Shown one piece after another: positions 37,074 through 48,904 of a stretch of DNA of 64,000 nucleotides (its first letter is position 1; every line of letters starts with the position of its first letter). The stretch covers positions 806,001 through 870,000 of the forward strand of contig CP075495.1 of NCBI GenBank assembly GCA_021613535.1, given 5' to 3'. The notes under the pieces were generated by a model. That model worked only from the letters and a program-made list of their open reading frames with translations. It made no database searches and was not told the origin of the DNA. This DNA is from Adineta vaga. Taxonomy: Eukaryota; Animalia; Rotifera. The position numbers and the translations under genes were made by a program.

Positions 37074-37919
37074 TCAAGAAGAATTCGATAAAATATGATC
37101 TTCAACAATGACTGTTCCATCATTAAATAAACTAATTCTCATATTTGGTCGATATCCACAATTTTCTCCATGATATCCTAATTGATTACTAAGAATTCTC
37201 GTTGAATTTACAAACATATCAGTTGATCGATGTGTATGTCCATAGACCCATAATCGAACAGGATCGATACAATATTCTTCTAAATCATTGATATATGCAT
37301 GTTCATGACCACGATCAATATCTTCTTGTAAACATGTATCACGACGAGAAGGTGCATGATGAGTAATAATAATAATATGTTCATGATTTCGACGTGCTTT
37401 TTCAATTTCTTGTAATAACCATGTATGTTCATCTAAATGCCATTGATTTGTATCATTAACAGTAAGTTTTCGTCGTATTTTCATATTATTTTCTTGAATT
37501 TCTCTTTCAATTTGATGATAATCAGCATGAGATTGTTCGATATGACTCGCTATGTCTTGTGGTATATGTGACCAAAGAATTGTTCCAAGTATTCGAACAT
37601 TATTTGGAAGAAGATAACTATTTTTTTGTAAAAAATGAATACGATGATTAAGTTTATTCAATTGTCGAAGTTGTTCAAGACGATCTTCATATTCTCCACT
37701 ATAGAAACAATGATTTCCTGCAACATAAAATATATGTTCAAATCTTTGACATTGAATAAGAAGAAATCTTTGTAATGATGGAACATCTGGTCGACCAATA
37801 TCACCAGCAAGTATTAAACATGATGCAACAACAGGAAAATTCGAAAGATCTCGATCATTATATTCTAAATGTAAATCACTCATTAACATTGTTTGAAAAA
37901 TCGGTAGTGGATTTTCCAT
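37074..37919 (-). CDS. Calcineurin-like metallophosphoesterase
   Basis: SDLHLE, LAGDIG, GNHCFY, THHAP, YGHTH, SNQLGY motifs. Confidence 0.9.
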   Translation of the reverse strand: MENPLPIFQTMLMSDLHLEYNDRDLSNFPVVASCLILAGDIGRPDVPSLQRFLLIQCQRFEHIFYVAGNHCFYSGEYEDRLEQLRQLNKLNHRIHFLQKNSYLLPNNVRILGTILWSHIPQDIASHIEQSHADYHQIEREIQENNMKIRRKLTVNDTNQWHLDEHTWLLQEIEKARRNHEHIIIITHHAPSRRDTCLQEDIDRGHEHAYINDLEEYCIDPVRLWVYGHTHRSTDMFVNSTRILSNQLGYHGENCGYRPNMRISLFNDGTVIVEDHILSNSS

Positions 37920-38260
37920 TGTCAATGGATTCTAAAAGAAATGATAGACAAAGTTGAAATAATCAAATTCATTTATCAATAAAGTATATTTTGAGAAGAG
38001 AGATGTTCTAACTAATGGAAAACTATGGGACTGTGATGTCGCACTTATACAGAGATTGACAATTCTCCCTAAGTTTTGAATGATATGAACTTAAGCATTG
38101 ATTTTCTATTCGTCTTATAATCTGAAATGCTAGAAACTATAAGCGATCAATCATGATTTATTTCATTTATATCTAAAAATCTTTTATAAAGATTATCAAA
38201 GAAAGTTTTAAGAGAAAGTAATCTTTTAATGATAAGTGAATATACATGATGGTTTTCCGT

Positions 38261-39028
38261 CTAGTTGTACATAAGAGGATGATGCATGAATCTTTGGTAA
38301 AGTACCACTAATTTTTGATGATAATTTTTGAGTGAGAGTGGGAATTGGTAATGAATGAGCATCTTTTTTGGTAAGCTAGTATAGATAGAAATCGGATCTT
38401 CAGTCGTAATCGGTGGATGATCGTATTTACATATTCGACATAGAATCAAATCTCTAATCCATCGCCAACTGAAGAAGTCACTAACAATGCCAAATCTTTT
38501 AAGTATACGAGTAGTTATACACCCAGTAACAACAATTATAGTTAAGAAAGCAACTACTCCAGCAAGAGTAAAAACAACAATACGTAAAACTTTATTTTCA
38601 TCCGATGGACAGGTTTCAAACAATAAATAATCATATGATAATAAATCAGTATTATTTGTTTGATTAATTAATTCATAATTTGATGATTCAGAATAGAATA
38701 TATTAATAATCGATGTATTTGGTTGATTATTAAATAGAAGACAATATTTTGATGGACATAATTCACTGCATTCATTGGAAAAGAGAATATTTAATGGAAT
38801 ATCATATGAAATAATATCAAAACATTTCGCTGATTGTTTAATAACATAATTTTGTATTGGATATTCGATTTTTTTATCAAAATCAATAGGAATTAATTGT
38901 ATACATTTCATTGTTGTTATTGATTGAAAAGCAAATGAAATATCTGTACAATGTTGTACAACAAAATTATCACAAGTTTGTCCATATTGTATAATAAATA
39001 TGATGAAGAAAAAAAAAATATATTTCAT
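38261..39028 (-). CDS. Uncharacterised type I membrane protein with Cys-rich ectodomain
   Basis: Signal peptide, 8 Cys, TM VLRIVVFTLAGVVAFLTIIVVTGCI. Confidence 0.6.
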   Translation of the reverse strand: MKYIFFFFIIFIIQYGQTCDNFVVQHCTDISFAFQSITTMKCIQLIPIDFDKKIEYPIQNYVIKQSAKCFDIISYDIPLNILFSNECSELCPSKYCLLFNNQPNTSIINIFYSESSNYELINQTNNTDLLSYDYLLFETCPSDENKVLRIVVFTLAGVVAFLTIIVVTGCITTRILKRFGIVSDFFSWRWIRDLILCRICKYDHPPITTEDPISIYTSLPKKMLIHYQFPLSLKNYHQKLVVLYQRFMHHPLMYN

Positions 39029-39344
39029 GTTTGAAAGATAAAATATGTGTTGTCAATCGAATATATTCACGTGGATATATATCGGTAGTGAATGCATCAT
39101 TGATTTTATACTCGGAGAATATCATGGAAGTAAATAAAGGTAAATGATATAAGTTTAATCTTTGATTTTATCATAGAGAAAAACAAACATGTGAGTTATG
39201 AAATGTTTATGTTTATCTTAGAAGAATATTTGATTCTTAGACTCGTGATATATCGTCGTGCCATTATGGCAGAACGAAAGAGAGAAAAAAATAAAATAAG
39301 ATTCACACGTCAGTTCATTGTTAGAATAAAGGAGAGAAACAACG

Positions 39345-39905
39345 ATGGGAAATCTATTTTCTATCGATGAAGATAATCGATCGAATAGTAATGAATCAGT
39401 TACAAAAAGTCCAGGAATTCCAATTGAAGCGACAAAATTACGAAATGAAGCACGCCAGCTGTTGTTAGAAGCGAAAATAATTTCTAAACAATCACAAGAT
39501 GAATATCAATATGGTTGTCGAGCAAAAGCAAAAGATTTATCGAATAAAAAGATATCGTTATACGAACAATTAAATAGAAAAAATGAACAAGCAGCAAATA
39601 TAATCTTTGGATATTATAATAACAATCGTGCGAAGAATTCAATTGATCTTCATGGTCTTTATGTCGATGAAGCATTGAAATATTTACAAGAGAAATTAGA
39701 TAGATGTCGCTTGGAGAATATTTCTGAATTAACCGTTATAACAGGAATGGGAAATCATTCGACAAATGGTATAGCAATACTTCGACCAAAAATCGAAGAA
39801 TTTGTCCGTAAAAATGCATTACAAACAACTTTCTATTCTGGACATGTTATCATTGATTTGTCATCAAATATTCCTCGAACTACAAATGAATGTATTATTT
39901 TATAA
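39345..39905 (+). CDS. DUF1771-Smr domain protein with N-myristoylation and CaaX signals
   Basis: MGNLFS; helical AKDLS...NEQAA..IF; IDLHGLYVDEA, VITGMGNHS..G.A.LRP; ends CIIL*. Confidence 0.88.
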   Translation: MGNLFSIDEDNRSNSNESVTKSPGIPIEATKLRNEARQLLLEAKIISKQSQDEYQYGCRAKAKDLSNKKISLYEQLNRKNEQAANIIFGYYNNNRAKNSIDLHGLYVDEALKYLQEKLDRCRLENISELTVITGMGNHSTNGIAILRPKIEEFVRKNALQTTFYSGHVIIDLSSNIPRTTNECIIL

Positions 39906-39925
39906 ATAAAAGAAAAGATTTTATT

Positions 39926-41653
39926 CTAAATATAAGATTCGAACATATAATCTTTTAAATACCATCGATGAATTTGTGCTCGTGTTTTTGGATTAGAAAA
40001 ATAATTTGATTTTTTACGTTTACCTACTAAAGATTTATGTTTGACATCCGTTATAACTAGATTTGGTATAGCAAGTCGAATAGGATAACCAAGACGAGCA
40101 AGATATGTAAAAATAAAATCATATGGATCATTTTTATTTGTATTTAACCAATGAAGAATGGGTTCGAAGGTATTTCGATGGAAAACACCAGCAAATGATC
40201 CATAGGTTTTCGTTCCGATATTTCGACATGAACCATTTTCTTTTGCGGAGAATTTATCGAGAATTTTCCATCCTTGTTTCCATACAGTTGCACCGAGCAT
40301 AAGAATTCCACCTGTTTGATAATCTTGTAAATGTCCTCCACAACGACTTTCATTTAAAAGATGATGAAGACGTGAAGCGAATTGACGATGTGGAATAGCG
40401 TCAGATTCAAGAATAAAAACTCGATAGAATTGAGTTTTTAAAGCCATTTCAAAGAATCGAGTCATGGCTAGACGAAGACCCATAGCGCCGTGCGATAATC
40501 GTTCTGAAAGAGAACGATTCGGAGTTGTTTGTGCATCGAAACGTTGAACTGAAAGGCCATGTTGATGAAAAGCATTGATTAATTTAGATAAATGATGATC
40601 ATACTCTTTAAGAGTTATAACAAATGTCGGAAGGGAAGTCAAATTGAACGATTGAATGATTGGTAATGAAGGACATTCGGAAATATATCGTTTTTGAGGA
40701 TAGATTTCTTGTTGAATTATTGGATTTGCTACACAACTATTATTTGTTAATATAATTGGAAGAATTGGTCTTAATCGTAATGTAACTTGTCGATGAAATT
40801 GATAGAAATATTGAGGTTTTTTCAATGGATGAACCATTGCTGCACGAAAATATTTGGTAGGTGGTGATTCAGGAAATTCAATTTGCAATTGTCGACGTTT
40901 ATTATATTTATAACGAATAAGTTTCATTGAATTTGATACTGTTGATAGAACTCGTCGAAATGGAACAATGGCTGGTGTACATGATAAACCATCAGCATAT
41001 TGATAAATACATCGTCCTAATACTGTATCTGAATGTTGTGCAACAGTTAATATTCGACATTCATTGATATGAGGACCAAATTTACGAAGTGTTTCTTGTG
41101 CAATAACATAACCCATACCTAGACAATACGGTCCATGAAGATCTAAATATTCTCGTTCTTTAGATTCACCAATACCTGGTATACCAACATAACAATGACG
41201 ACATGTCATATGTTGTATCATCAGAGTTAATAAATTAACATTAACATACGTATCAGCATCGATTAAGATGAAATAATGATAATCTAAGAGATGATTTTGA
41301 AAAAAATATGACCAAATTGCAAATGTTTTATTCACTGGAGGATAATCATTATCAATAACAGGTAGAGAAATGATGTTATTATTAGGAAATGTTTGAGTAA
41401 GATTATGAGATGAAATTCCAACAAAATAAAAGATATCATACGGTAACAAGGGAATCCAAGTATGTTGAGAAGCATTAACTAAAGTTATCATATGCTGCCA
41501 ATCTGCTTGAATACCCAAAACAACTCGAAGTTTTGACGAAGAAACTATTGGAATCGCTTGAGTAGATTGTTCATGAAGAATAATATGTAATAGAAAACTA
41601 TTCGAGAAGAGAATAATTATTAGAAAGACATAATGACGTAATTGAAGTACCAT
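39926..41653 (-). CDS. Two-domain glycosyltransferase: GT31 (chondroitin synthase/fringe-like) plus GT25-like, intronless
   Basis: N-terminal TM; DNDYPPVNKTF, LIDADTYVN, YCLGMGYV, HSDTVLGRCI, HPLK; second domain VITL...RFDA...GAMGLRLA...VFILESDA...GSFAG...PNLVI. Confidence 0.75.
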   Translation of the reverse strand: MVLQLRHYVFLIIILFSNSFLLHIILHEQSTQAIPIVSSSKLRVVLGIQADWQHMITLVNASQHTWIPLLPYDIFYFVGISSHNLTQTFPNNNIISLPVIDNDYPPVNKTFAIWSYFFQNHLLDYHYFILIDADTYVNVNLLTLMIQHMTCRHCYVGIPGIGESKEREYLDLHGPYCLGMGYVIAQETLRKFGPHINECRILTVAQHSDTVLGRCIYQYADGLSCTPAIVPFRRVLSTVSNSMKLIRYKYNKRRQLQIEFPESPPTKYFRAAMVHPLKKPQYFYQFHRQVTLRLRPILPIILTNNSCVANPIIQQEIYPQKRYISECPSLPIIQSFNLTSLPTFVITLKEYDHHLSKLINAFHQHGLSVQRFDAQTTPNRSLSERLSHGAMGLRLAMTRFFEMALKTQFYRVFILESDAIPHRQFASRLHHLLNESRCGGHLQDYQTGGILMLGATVWKQGWKILDKFSAKENGSCRNIGTKTYGSFAGVFHRNTFEPILHWLNTNKNDPYDFIFTYLARLGYPIRLAIPNLVITDVKHKSLVGKRKKSNYFSNPKTRAQIHRWYLKDYMFESYI

Positions 41654-42171
41654 AATTCTATCTTCTTTTTTGTCGTATCATTGAATTCTTTCATTACGAT
41701 AATAGATGGCTTTTGTAACTGTCATCATCAGTGAAGTGAACGTTTATTGCAACTACACATTTACCGTTCTATTAAACAAATAATAACATTTAGATTTGTC
41801 TTTTCTTTATACTTTAATGGAAATAAAAGAAAAATGTAAAGACATGTTACTTTTCTTAATCAAACAAAGCCTTGCGAATGAAATTCAATGTTTGTTTAAT
41901 TATTGGTTCATTTATTATGCACCGAAGAAAATTGATTAGATTCATTGCGTAGATTATTTGTGAACGAAAAAGCATACAAACGAGTATTCTTGAACAATGT
42001 TGGTTGAAGCAAGTACAACAAAATCAACGATCATCATCTTTAAGTTCTTTTCCAATAGAATCACTATTTCGAACGGAATCTGTATCTTCAATTGGTACTA
42101 CCAAAGAATTTTGCACAGAAAATGAAGATAAGAAGAAAAGTTTATCAAAAAAAGTATAAGAACATTTTTCA

Positions 42172-42962
42172 ATGAATAATTTCAAGTTTTAAGGCGTTCG
42201 CTCAGCTATCTTTGTTCAAAAGATTGGAAAACAATCTTAATTAATACTATTCTTGGAGCTATGATAGGTATTTACTTTCTATGTAAAAGATCGTTGTAAG
42301 TTTCTCCTTTGAAAATAGATAATCTAATATCTTTCATTGATTTCTGAAAAACATAGCTTCTTTAACAGCATCAATCGTAACTATAATGACCAGTAGCAGT
42401 GATAGTTTATCAACGAGTTCAATTTCCAGTACAACTTCGACAACTCCTGAAAGTAAACGATTTTCTTCTCTCATTTATAGTTTGGCGTCAATGGTAATAC
42501 AGTGATAACATTTGATGATCTCTCATCTGCTATAGCTGTACCTACTGGATATAATAATTTCAACTGGACAAATGGAAATACTCAAACAAAAGCTGTTAAT
42601 ACAAGTGGATATTTTACAGAAATTGTCAGAAACCCTAATTCAGTTATGAATCCAAATGCAAATCCATTAACAATGACTATCGCGAACAGTAGTCTTTTTA
42701 CTTTGTATATTCATTATTAATAGCTGCAGCATGGTACGATAATTTGAACTTAACAGTCACTGGATATAAATCCAATGTATTAGTTCTTGCAAAGTGACAC
42801 TTTTCTTATTAAAGTGTTTACTGTATCAAATATAATATTTAGTGGATTTTCTGGATTAGATACTGTGATATTTTCCATCTTGAGGGTGGAACAAAGAATG
42901 CTGGTGTTACTGGAAGTGAAGGAGATTTTTCCATGGACAATATTTGTTTATCTTTTACATGA
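42172..42962 (+). pseudogene. Membrane-anchored protein with ITFDDL...GYNNFNW...AAAWYDNL...MDNICL beta-domain, frameshifted
   Basis: TM plus S/T linker, then ITFDDLSSAIAVPTGYNNFNWTN...SGY, AAAWYDNLNLTVTGY, FSMDNICL across several frameshifts. Confidence 0.55.
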
Positions 42963-43115
42963 ATATTTTCATTCATTTTTCGGATCTCATGAAAGGACTT
43001 TATTTATTCTTTTAATGATCAAATGATTTTCTTATCAAGCAGATGAATTTATGGAATATTTCGTGATTAAATGAAGTAATCGAAGTTCTGTTCGTTCAGG
43101 GTTGATATTGATAAC

Positions 43116-44198
43116 TCAATTAAGCTTTTTGTAAAAAACGCAACCAACCAAACACTTGTGTATATTTCTACACATTCTTTCCTGACAAATTATCAACTGC
43201 ATAGCAGGTTCACCATTTTGCATGGAACGAGCTTTCACATTATTACCGGATTTATTAACACTACTAGGATTCGAATTTTGATACGTATAAATCCAATCTT
43301 CTTTACATGGACTGGAACATTTACTTCTTTCTGTTACAAGATTTTTCCATTTCCCTTTATCGTCAAGTCGTTTTCCATTACTGCTAAGTATTTCGAGATC
43401 GAATTTGTAGATCAACATAGCGTGTCTGCCTTTGAACGAGCTATCTTTCGTAGCAAACCAACTGTAGCAATCATCATGAGAAGGATTTAGGTAAAATGCA
43501 CCACGATTAGCAAGATCCGATGGACCTTTAGATATTCTCGGACCCATTCGCATTATTCTCTTGGCCTTCTTCCAACTCGTTGCATGATACCAATATTCTG
43601 ACTCATTTTCATTATTGGCAGAAAGATTTTTTAGCTGGGCAAGTTCAATATCAGCTTCAGACATGATCCTCGTTGTGCTTCTGTTCGTGGTTGGCATCGA
43701 ACAAAATAACTTTTTCTTTGCTTTGATTTTACCCAACTATTTTTGCGATGTCTAATCGGATATCTTGAGTATGTCGCATATGTAACACCCGTAGTTACAT
43801 TTAAATTTGTTGTTTCTACACTATTCGTACTAAAATATTAAATCACATTAAATGTAAGAACTTATTTGTATCGGTGTCATCAAGCATCATAATAGAATAT
43901 AAAATCTTACGTATGATGACTGAAACCCACTGGTTCTGTCTGGCCATATGGTATTTGTATTCTTGATTCATTACCGTTAAATGAGATCTTTACATCTATC
44001 TCATCGCCTGTCTGATGTTCAAATGCGACTGGAGAAGTGCCAAACTTAAGTGTAATTCTGGTGGTATTGTATGTTTGTTATTTGGTGTTGTATCATCAAA
44101 TATATCAATCTCCATTGGAGATGCATCATCTAAATAAACGAATAATTAGATAATTATAGAGTTAAGAGCAAAAAAACTTACTGTTAAGATTTTGCATG
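43116..44198 (-). pseudogene. ADP-ribosyltransferase-fold (DUF3990-like) protein; catalytic-like exon intact, 5' exons frameshifted
   Basis: YWYHATS...SDLANRGAFYLN...W...MLIYKFD...DWIY...AMQLII fits the H-x-T / D-x-x-x-G-x-F-Y / Q pattern. Confidence 0.5.
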
Positions 44199-45662
44199 TT
44201 GTTTTCGCGGATGTGCTTCAGCAATATGGCGATGTGTCTCAATTTCGTCGTGTTTATATATTTCTCATTACAACCCATTTTTTGCTGTTCTGTTTGCTCA
44301 AGGGTTGCTACAATATTTTTGCAACAGTTTTACTTTGTTTTCTCCGCAAAAAAAATACACTTTCTATGAAACAAAGCAGACGCGCAGTGCACGAGACTTC
44401 ATTGATAAAAAAATGAGTTGTGAAATCATGAGTAATGTATGTTTAACGATTACATAAAACAATGTAATATATTCGAATCATACAATGGTCTCTTCGAATT
44501 CTTGCTGAATTCAAAAGAAAAAAACCAGTTCATTTTCGAGTGAAATTATTGAGTCTATGGGTTTTCGGGCCTTTATTTATTATGCAGCATATTAACTGTT
44601 AAAAGCACGTGAAGATGCAAAGATTCAGCTTCTTCAGGATTAGTTGTATATGAGAGTATACGTATAAAGAAGAGTATTTGTCTGTTTATTCGTTATCCAT
44701 TCATTTCCTGTAGTAGCTAGGGTCACCAAACTTTCCATGACATTTTCGTATGTACAGGAAAAAGTCGAAAGGAAGTGGGAGACGGATGCCGGTCGAAATT
44801 TAACCCTATTTCTATTTGACTCATTTGATCGATCTTTAGAGTATCCATCTATTACTACTTTTTCACCCTGGTCTGGTTGTGTTACATGAAAGTGAGGACG
44901 TTTCACAAGTAATATACTCTCCCACTACCCGATATTTGATGAACTATAGCGCTTTATTATGGACGTGTGTGATTTATACACTACTACCATTATATTAATA
45001 AACAATTGTGTTGAGACAATGATGGTCGTAGTGTTATAAGCATGTCGGGTCAGTGTCTGATGAGAGGGTAGAAATCGTGAGAGAGAATGATAAAAATGGT
45101 TAGTAGCAGGAAGTGTATATAAGATTGTTTATCTTTATTGAATAGAAAAGTTTGTTTTGTCTAGACCCATATACCCAGGGTTGTATGAAAAATATCGTTC
45201 CTTTTTTATTTTGAAGACAGAAAGAATTCAAAAAGACCATAGAGTCATTCGAATATATGTATTCTGATTTATTTCATAGTTCAACAGGCCACATATTAAA
45301 TTATCATGTTACTATTCAAAACCAAATATATCGATTGAAGTATAGAAGTGATGTAATGATCCACAAGACTTGAATGCATTTAATAACCAATGATTCATGC
45401 AAGTAATCTTCTTTATTATAGTATGATTTACGAGCGTTTCATTGTAGTCGTTGTATATCATAATATTGTTTTGAGTTTAGTTTTTGGTCACAAAGAGCAA
45501 CTCGTCGTTTTGTATATTCGAATATACAGTACTTCATTACAATATGAGGCTATATTTGTTGGATAACTAGTTTCTCACATAGTGAAGAAAATTTCTGCAT
45601 ACTTGTACTGAAATAAAAGTATGATTTTAACGATTTTTCAACAGATAATGCTTATTATAATT

Positions 45663-45750
45663 TCAGATCGACGAATACGAGATCCGTATACAGCTGTATG
45701 TCTTTGTGTATAATCATGAATATATACGATCGTGTCGTTTTGATCTTGAA
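45663..45750. mobile_element. Tiny degenerate inverted-repeat element (MITE relic)
   Basis: AGATCGACGAATACGA...TACGATCGTGTCGTTTTGATCT imperfect inverted ends, loosely related to the termini of the 46141 element. Confidence 0.3.
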
Positions 45751-46140
45751 ACCATCGTGAGGAATATTCAATGTATATGTGATATTCAATTATTGATTAA
45801 AATAATTAAATAGTTAATTTAAAGAAAGAGAAAAGATGAACAGAACACAAGTCGACAAATATGGAATTGACATACACCCATGCTTTCTATTGTGACGCAG
45901 TCATTGAAAAATAGGCAATATGGATACCTGTAAACAATAACATACGCTCACGATATGGCTGCAATACAAAGACACATGATACAATAGAAATCGTCATTAT
46001 ATTTTTGATTTATATAATCTAAGGCGTTCGTCTCAACACATTGAAAGTTTGATTGGACTTTTGAAAATTATAAATATCTTTACTATAGTTTTATCTCTTT
46101 GTGATGATGTTATAATACAAGAAAAAAACACGATGAACTA

Positions 46141-46420
46141 CCCAGGACGATGCTTCGCGGGTACGGATACGCACGGAACCTGCCGGAAATCACGCCTTTC
46201 CGTGGATATTCCGGACAGTGGAAGCAGTATTCCGATCGGAATTTCTCGGGCTGTTCCGGTGAATTCCAATCGGAATTGTCGGAAAACGACTGGAACTTAC
46301 TGGAAGTTAGTCAGAAGCAAGCGGAAAAATCGAAAAATATCTGGTTCGGAATCCTGCTTCCATGAAATTGCCGGAATGTTCTGGTTCCGGCGGGATCCGG
46401 CTCGGATTTTTCGACCTGGG
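46141..46420. mobile_element. 280-bp GC-rich MITE, CCCAGG...CCTGGG termini with TA duplication (CMC/EnSpm-like)
   Basis: TA|CCCAGGACGA ... TCGACCTGGG|TA; many internal CCGGAA/TTCCGG repeats; GC far above flanks. Confidence 0.8.
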
Positions 46421-47514
46421 TACCGAAACGGCAAAAAATGAAGAGAATAAACCAAAAATAAAATATAATGATTCTTCTTGTGTTACATTCGTATTTCTTA
46501 TCAATTAGTATAAAAAATAGTCGAGAAATCATAAGACAAAAAATAATGTTGATTATGGAGTAATGTTACATCCATCGCTTATTTAGATTGCGATTTATTT
46601 TGTATTTAAACACCATCAACTGAGTCTAGGTAGATATCTTGTAGTCATTTATCGGCGTTCTTTCGATTTTCCACACTCGGCTGATCGATTGTCCGTCTCA
46701 CATCGATAATCTAATGTGAAACTAAATCTTTTCATTAATCGATGTTGTCGAACCTACTGGAAACTTCAAATAGAACATCAGATTAGAAACCATACTTATT
46801 GAAGAATAGTATTTTTCGATGAACATAGAGATAGGCTGCTCGGAATAATACAAATAGAGTTCGATGATGCTCACCTAGATTCAAATAAAACTAGTAATTT
46901 TACTGTAAGCAAAAGCTTCACTCAAAAGAGCATATTATATTTCACTCTCATCTATATCATCAAGATCAATTTGAAATGAAAATGTATAATGGATAGACTC
47001 AACTAAAAACGTGATTGAAGAATCATTGCTTTTCAGTATTTATCTATCGTACACAGTTTTTACCTGGATGAAAATCATTTATTCAAGTTCGATTCCACAA
47101 CAACATTACATGACATTCAGAATTCGATCGAAGATAAACAGGAGTTTCTATTATATCATTTGATTATATAATTGAATTCTATAATCCAGTTTATAAGAAA
47201 TATTTCAGACTTAGTGATACTTATTTACATCAACGACGTGCATTTTATTCTACTGAACAAATGATAGATACAGAATCAAAGACTACTATACCAAATCCTA
47301 TATTAAATTAAAAGTTTGTTGTTTTGAAATCAATAAAAACAATTACACATCCTCACTCACACCCTCAAGATAATATTCGTTTCTATTCGTTCAATATCTT
47401 GAAATAGGATGACTGCTCCAACTGCGTCGCAGTTACAATGCATTTCATCCCTGTAGTCATATTTCTCACACCATTCTTTCCCTACGATATCGATTCAATC
47501 TTTATTTTGATTAT

Positions 47515-48612
47515 TTATCCTTCAGTACAATCAATACTAAATTTAGTCCCATCAAAATCCATCGGTGTATCATCTCCATACATTTCTATTTGATTAATTA
47601 AAGTTTCAATTTGTTTTAATCTTTCAGTTGAATAATTTCTTTTGTCAAGAAAGTTCGTTTTATTCAGCAATTTTTTTGACCATGATAAATAATTTAAACT
47701 TTGTCGTGAATCTTCAATTGATGCAAATGCTTTTTGAACATAATAACTTGCAATATCTTTTGTTAATCGACTCAATAAATCTAATTCATGATCAAACATA
47801 AGAATTTTATCGATATAATTCAACGCCCAATCGATTTGAGTTAATAAATTACATGTAAAAACATAGATCGCATAAATATGTCTATTGTCGAATATTTGTG
47901 GTACAAGTCGACGACCAAGTGCACCTGTCGTAATCATAAAAATAGTTGTATTAGAATGTGATAATTGATTAATAAATTTCACACATGTATCGACTTTTGA
48001 AAATGTAAATAGAATCTGTTTTTGTTTATCATTCATTTGATAATCTTTCATTGTATTAGCAGAGAACGAACCGATTAAATTATCGATATCAAGATCTTTT
48101 CCATAAGAATAACGTGCAACTATATCGACTGAAGCTGTGGTATTAAAATAATGTTTTAATTGTCGATTATTTTGTGGATAACCAATATAAGCATCAAGCC
48201 AAATAATCACATGATCAGATATTGCTGGAAAGGAGTTGGATGGGTGATGTACATGATCATTCATGTAAAATTTACTTTCTTTTCTTGATCTGGATAATAA
48301 AATTTTTGTATCAAATTGAATTTTAGTAAATTGTTTATATAGAGAACGAATTCTTAATCTATAGAATCGAATAGTTTTAAAATAAGAATTCGATTGAATT
48401 TCATTAATATAAAATTTATCCAAAATAATATATTTATAAAATCGTGAATCGAAGATTTCTAATAGATATTGATTCATATCAATACAAAAATAATTACTAA
48501 TTAAATCATAAATAATTTCAACATCTAACATAAAAGATTCGATTTGTAATACAAATGTTTGATACATAAAATCAACGATAAATTCAATTGAGGAACATTT
48601 TTGTAAAGCCAT
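47515..48612 (-). CDS. PB1/beta-grasp-like N-domain plus pseudo-receiver domain protein (in-frame intron 48275-48225)
   Basis: N-term IEFIVDF...IYDLISNYF...LLEIFDSRFYKYIILD; receiver-like strands IIWLDAYIG, IFMITTGALG, IYAIYVFTC; helical C-terminus. Confidence 0.65.
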   Translation of the reverse strand: MALQKCSSIEFIVDFMYQTFVLQIESFMLDVEIIYDLISNYFCIDMNQYLLEIFDSRFYKYIILDKFYINEIQSNSYFKTIRFYRLRIRSLYKQFTKIQFDTKILLSRSRKESKFYMNDHVHHPSNSFPAISDHVIIWLDAYIGYPQNNRQLKHYFNTTASVDIVARYSYGKDLDIDNLIGSFSANTMKDYQMNDKQKQILFTFSKVDTCVKFINQLSHSNTTIFMITTGALGRRLVPQIFDNRHIYAIYVFTCNLLTQIDWALNYIDKILMFDHELDLLSRLTKDIASYYVQKAFASIEDSRQSLNYLSWSKKLLNKTNFLDKRNYSTERLKQIETLINQIEMYGDDTPMDFDGTKFSIDCTEG

Positions 48613-48904
48613 TTGTTTGTTAAAAATAAAACACGTTATGATAGAAAAACAAGAAAAAGAATATTCTCGTTTTTTTGTTGTTCTGTTCTCTATTGGAAAA
48701 TATTAGCCTTTTTTTCTTTCGTTCTTCCGTCTTATGTCGTCGATAGGATGTTTTTGCTTGTTGGAAATCTTTTTTCTTTTCTTTTTTTTACCTAAACGGC
48801 AGATATCTCTTGTTGGTATTTATTGATGAGATGAGAAATCTATATTCAATCTCATCTGAAGTATCAAGACAATCAGAACAAAAATTCTTTTCAAAAGTTC
48901 AACT

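Noticed and set aside
44655-44900. Possible Helitron-like 5' end (TATAAAGAAGAGTATTTGTCTGT...) and 88-aa ORF
   Set aside because: No 3' hairpin plus CTRR end could be identified; the ORF has no recognisable motifs
46049-46532. Four overlapping ORFs
   Set aside because: Artefacts of the GC-rich MITE at 46141-46420
46550-47460. Coding-like degenerate sequence on the minus strand
   Set aside because: No continuous frame or recognisable motif
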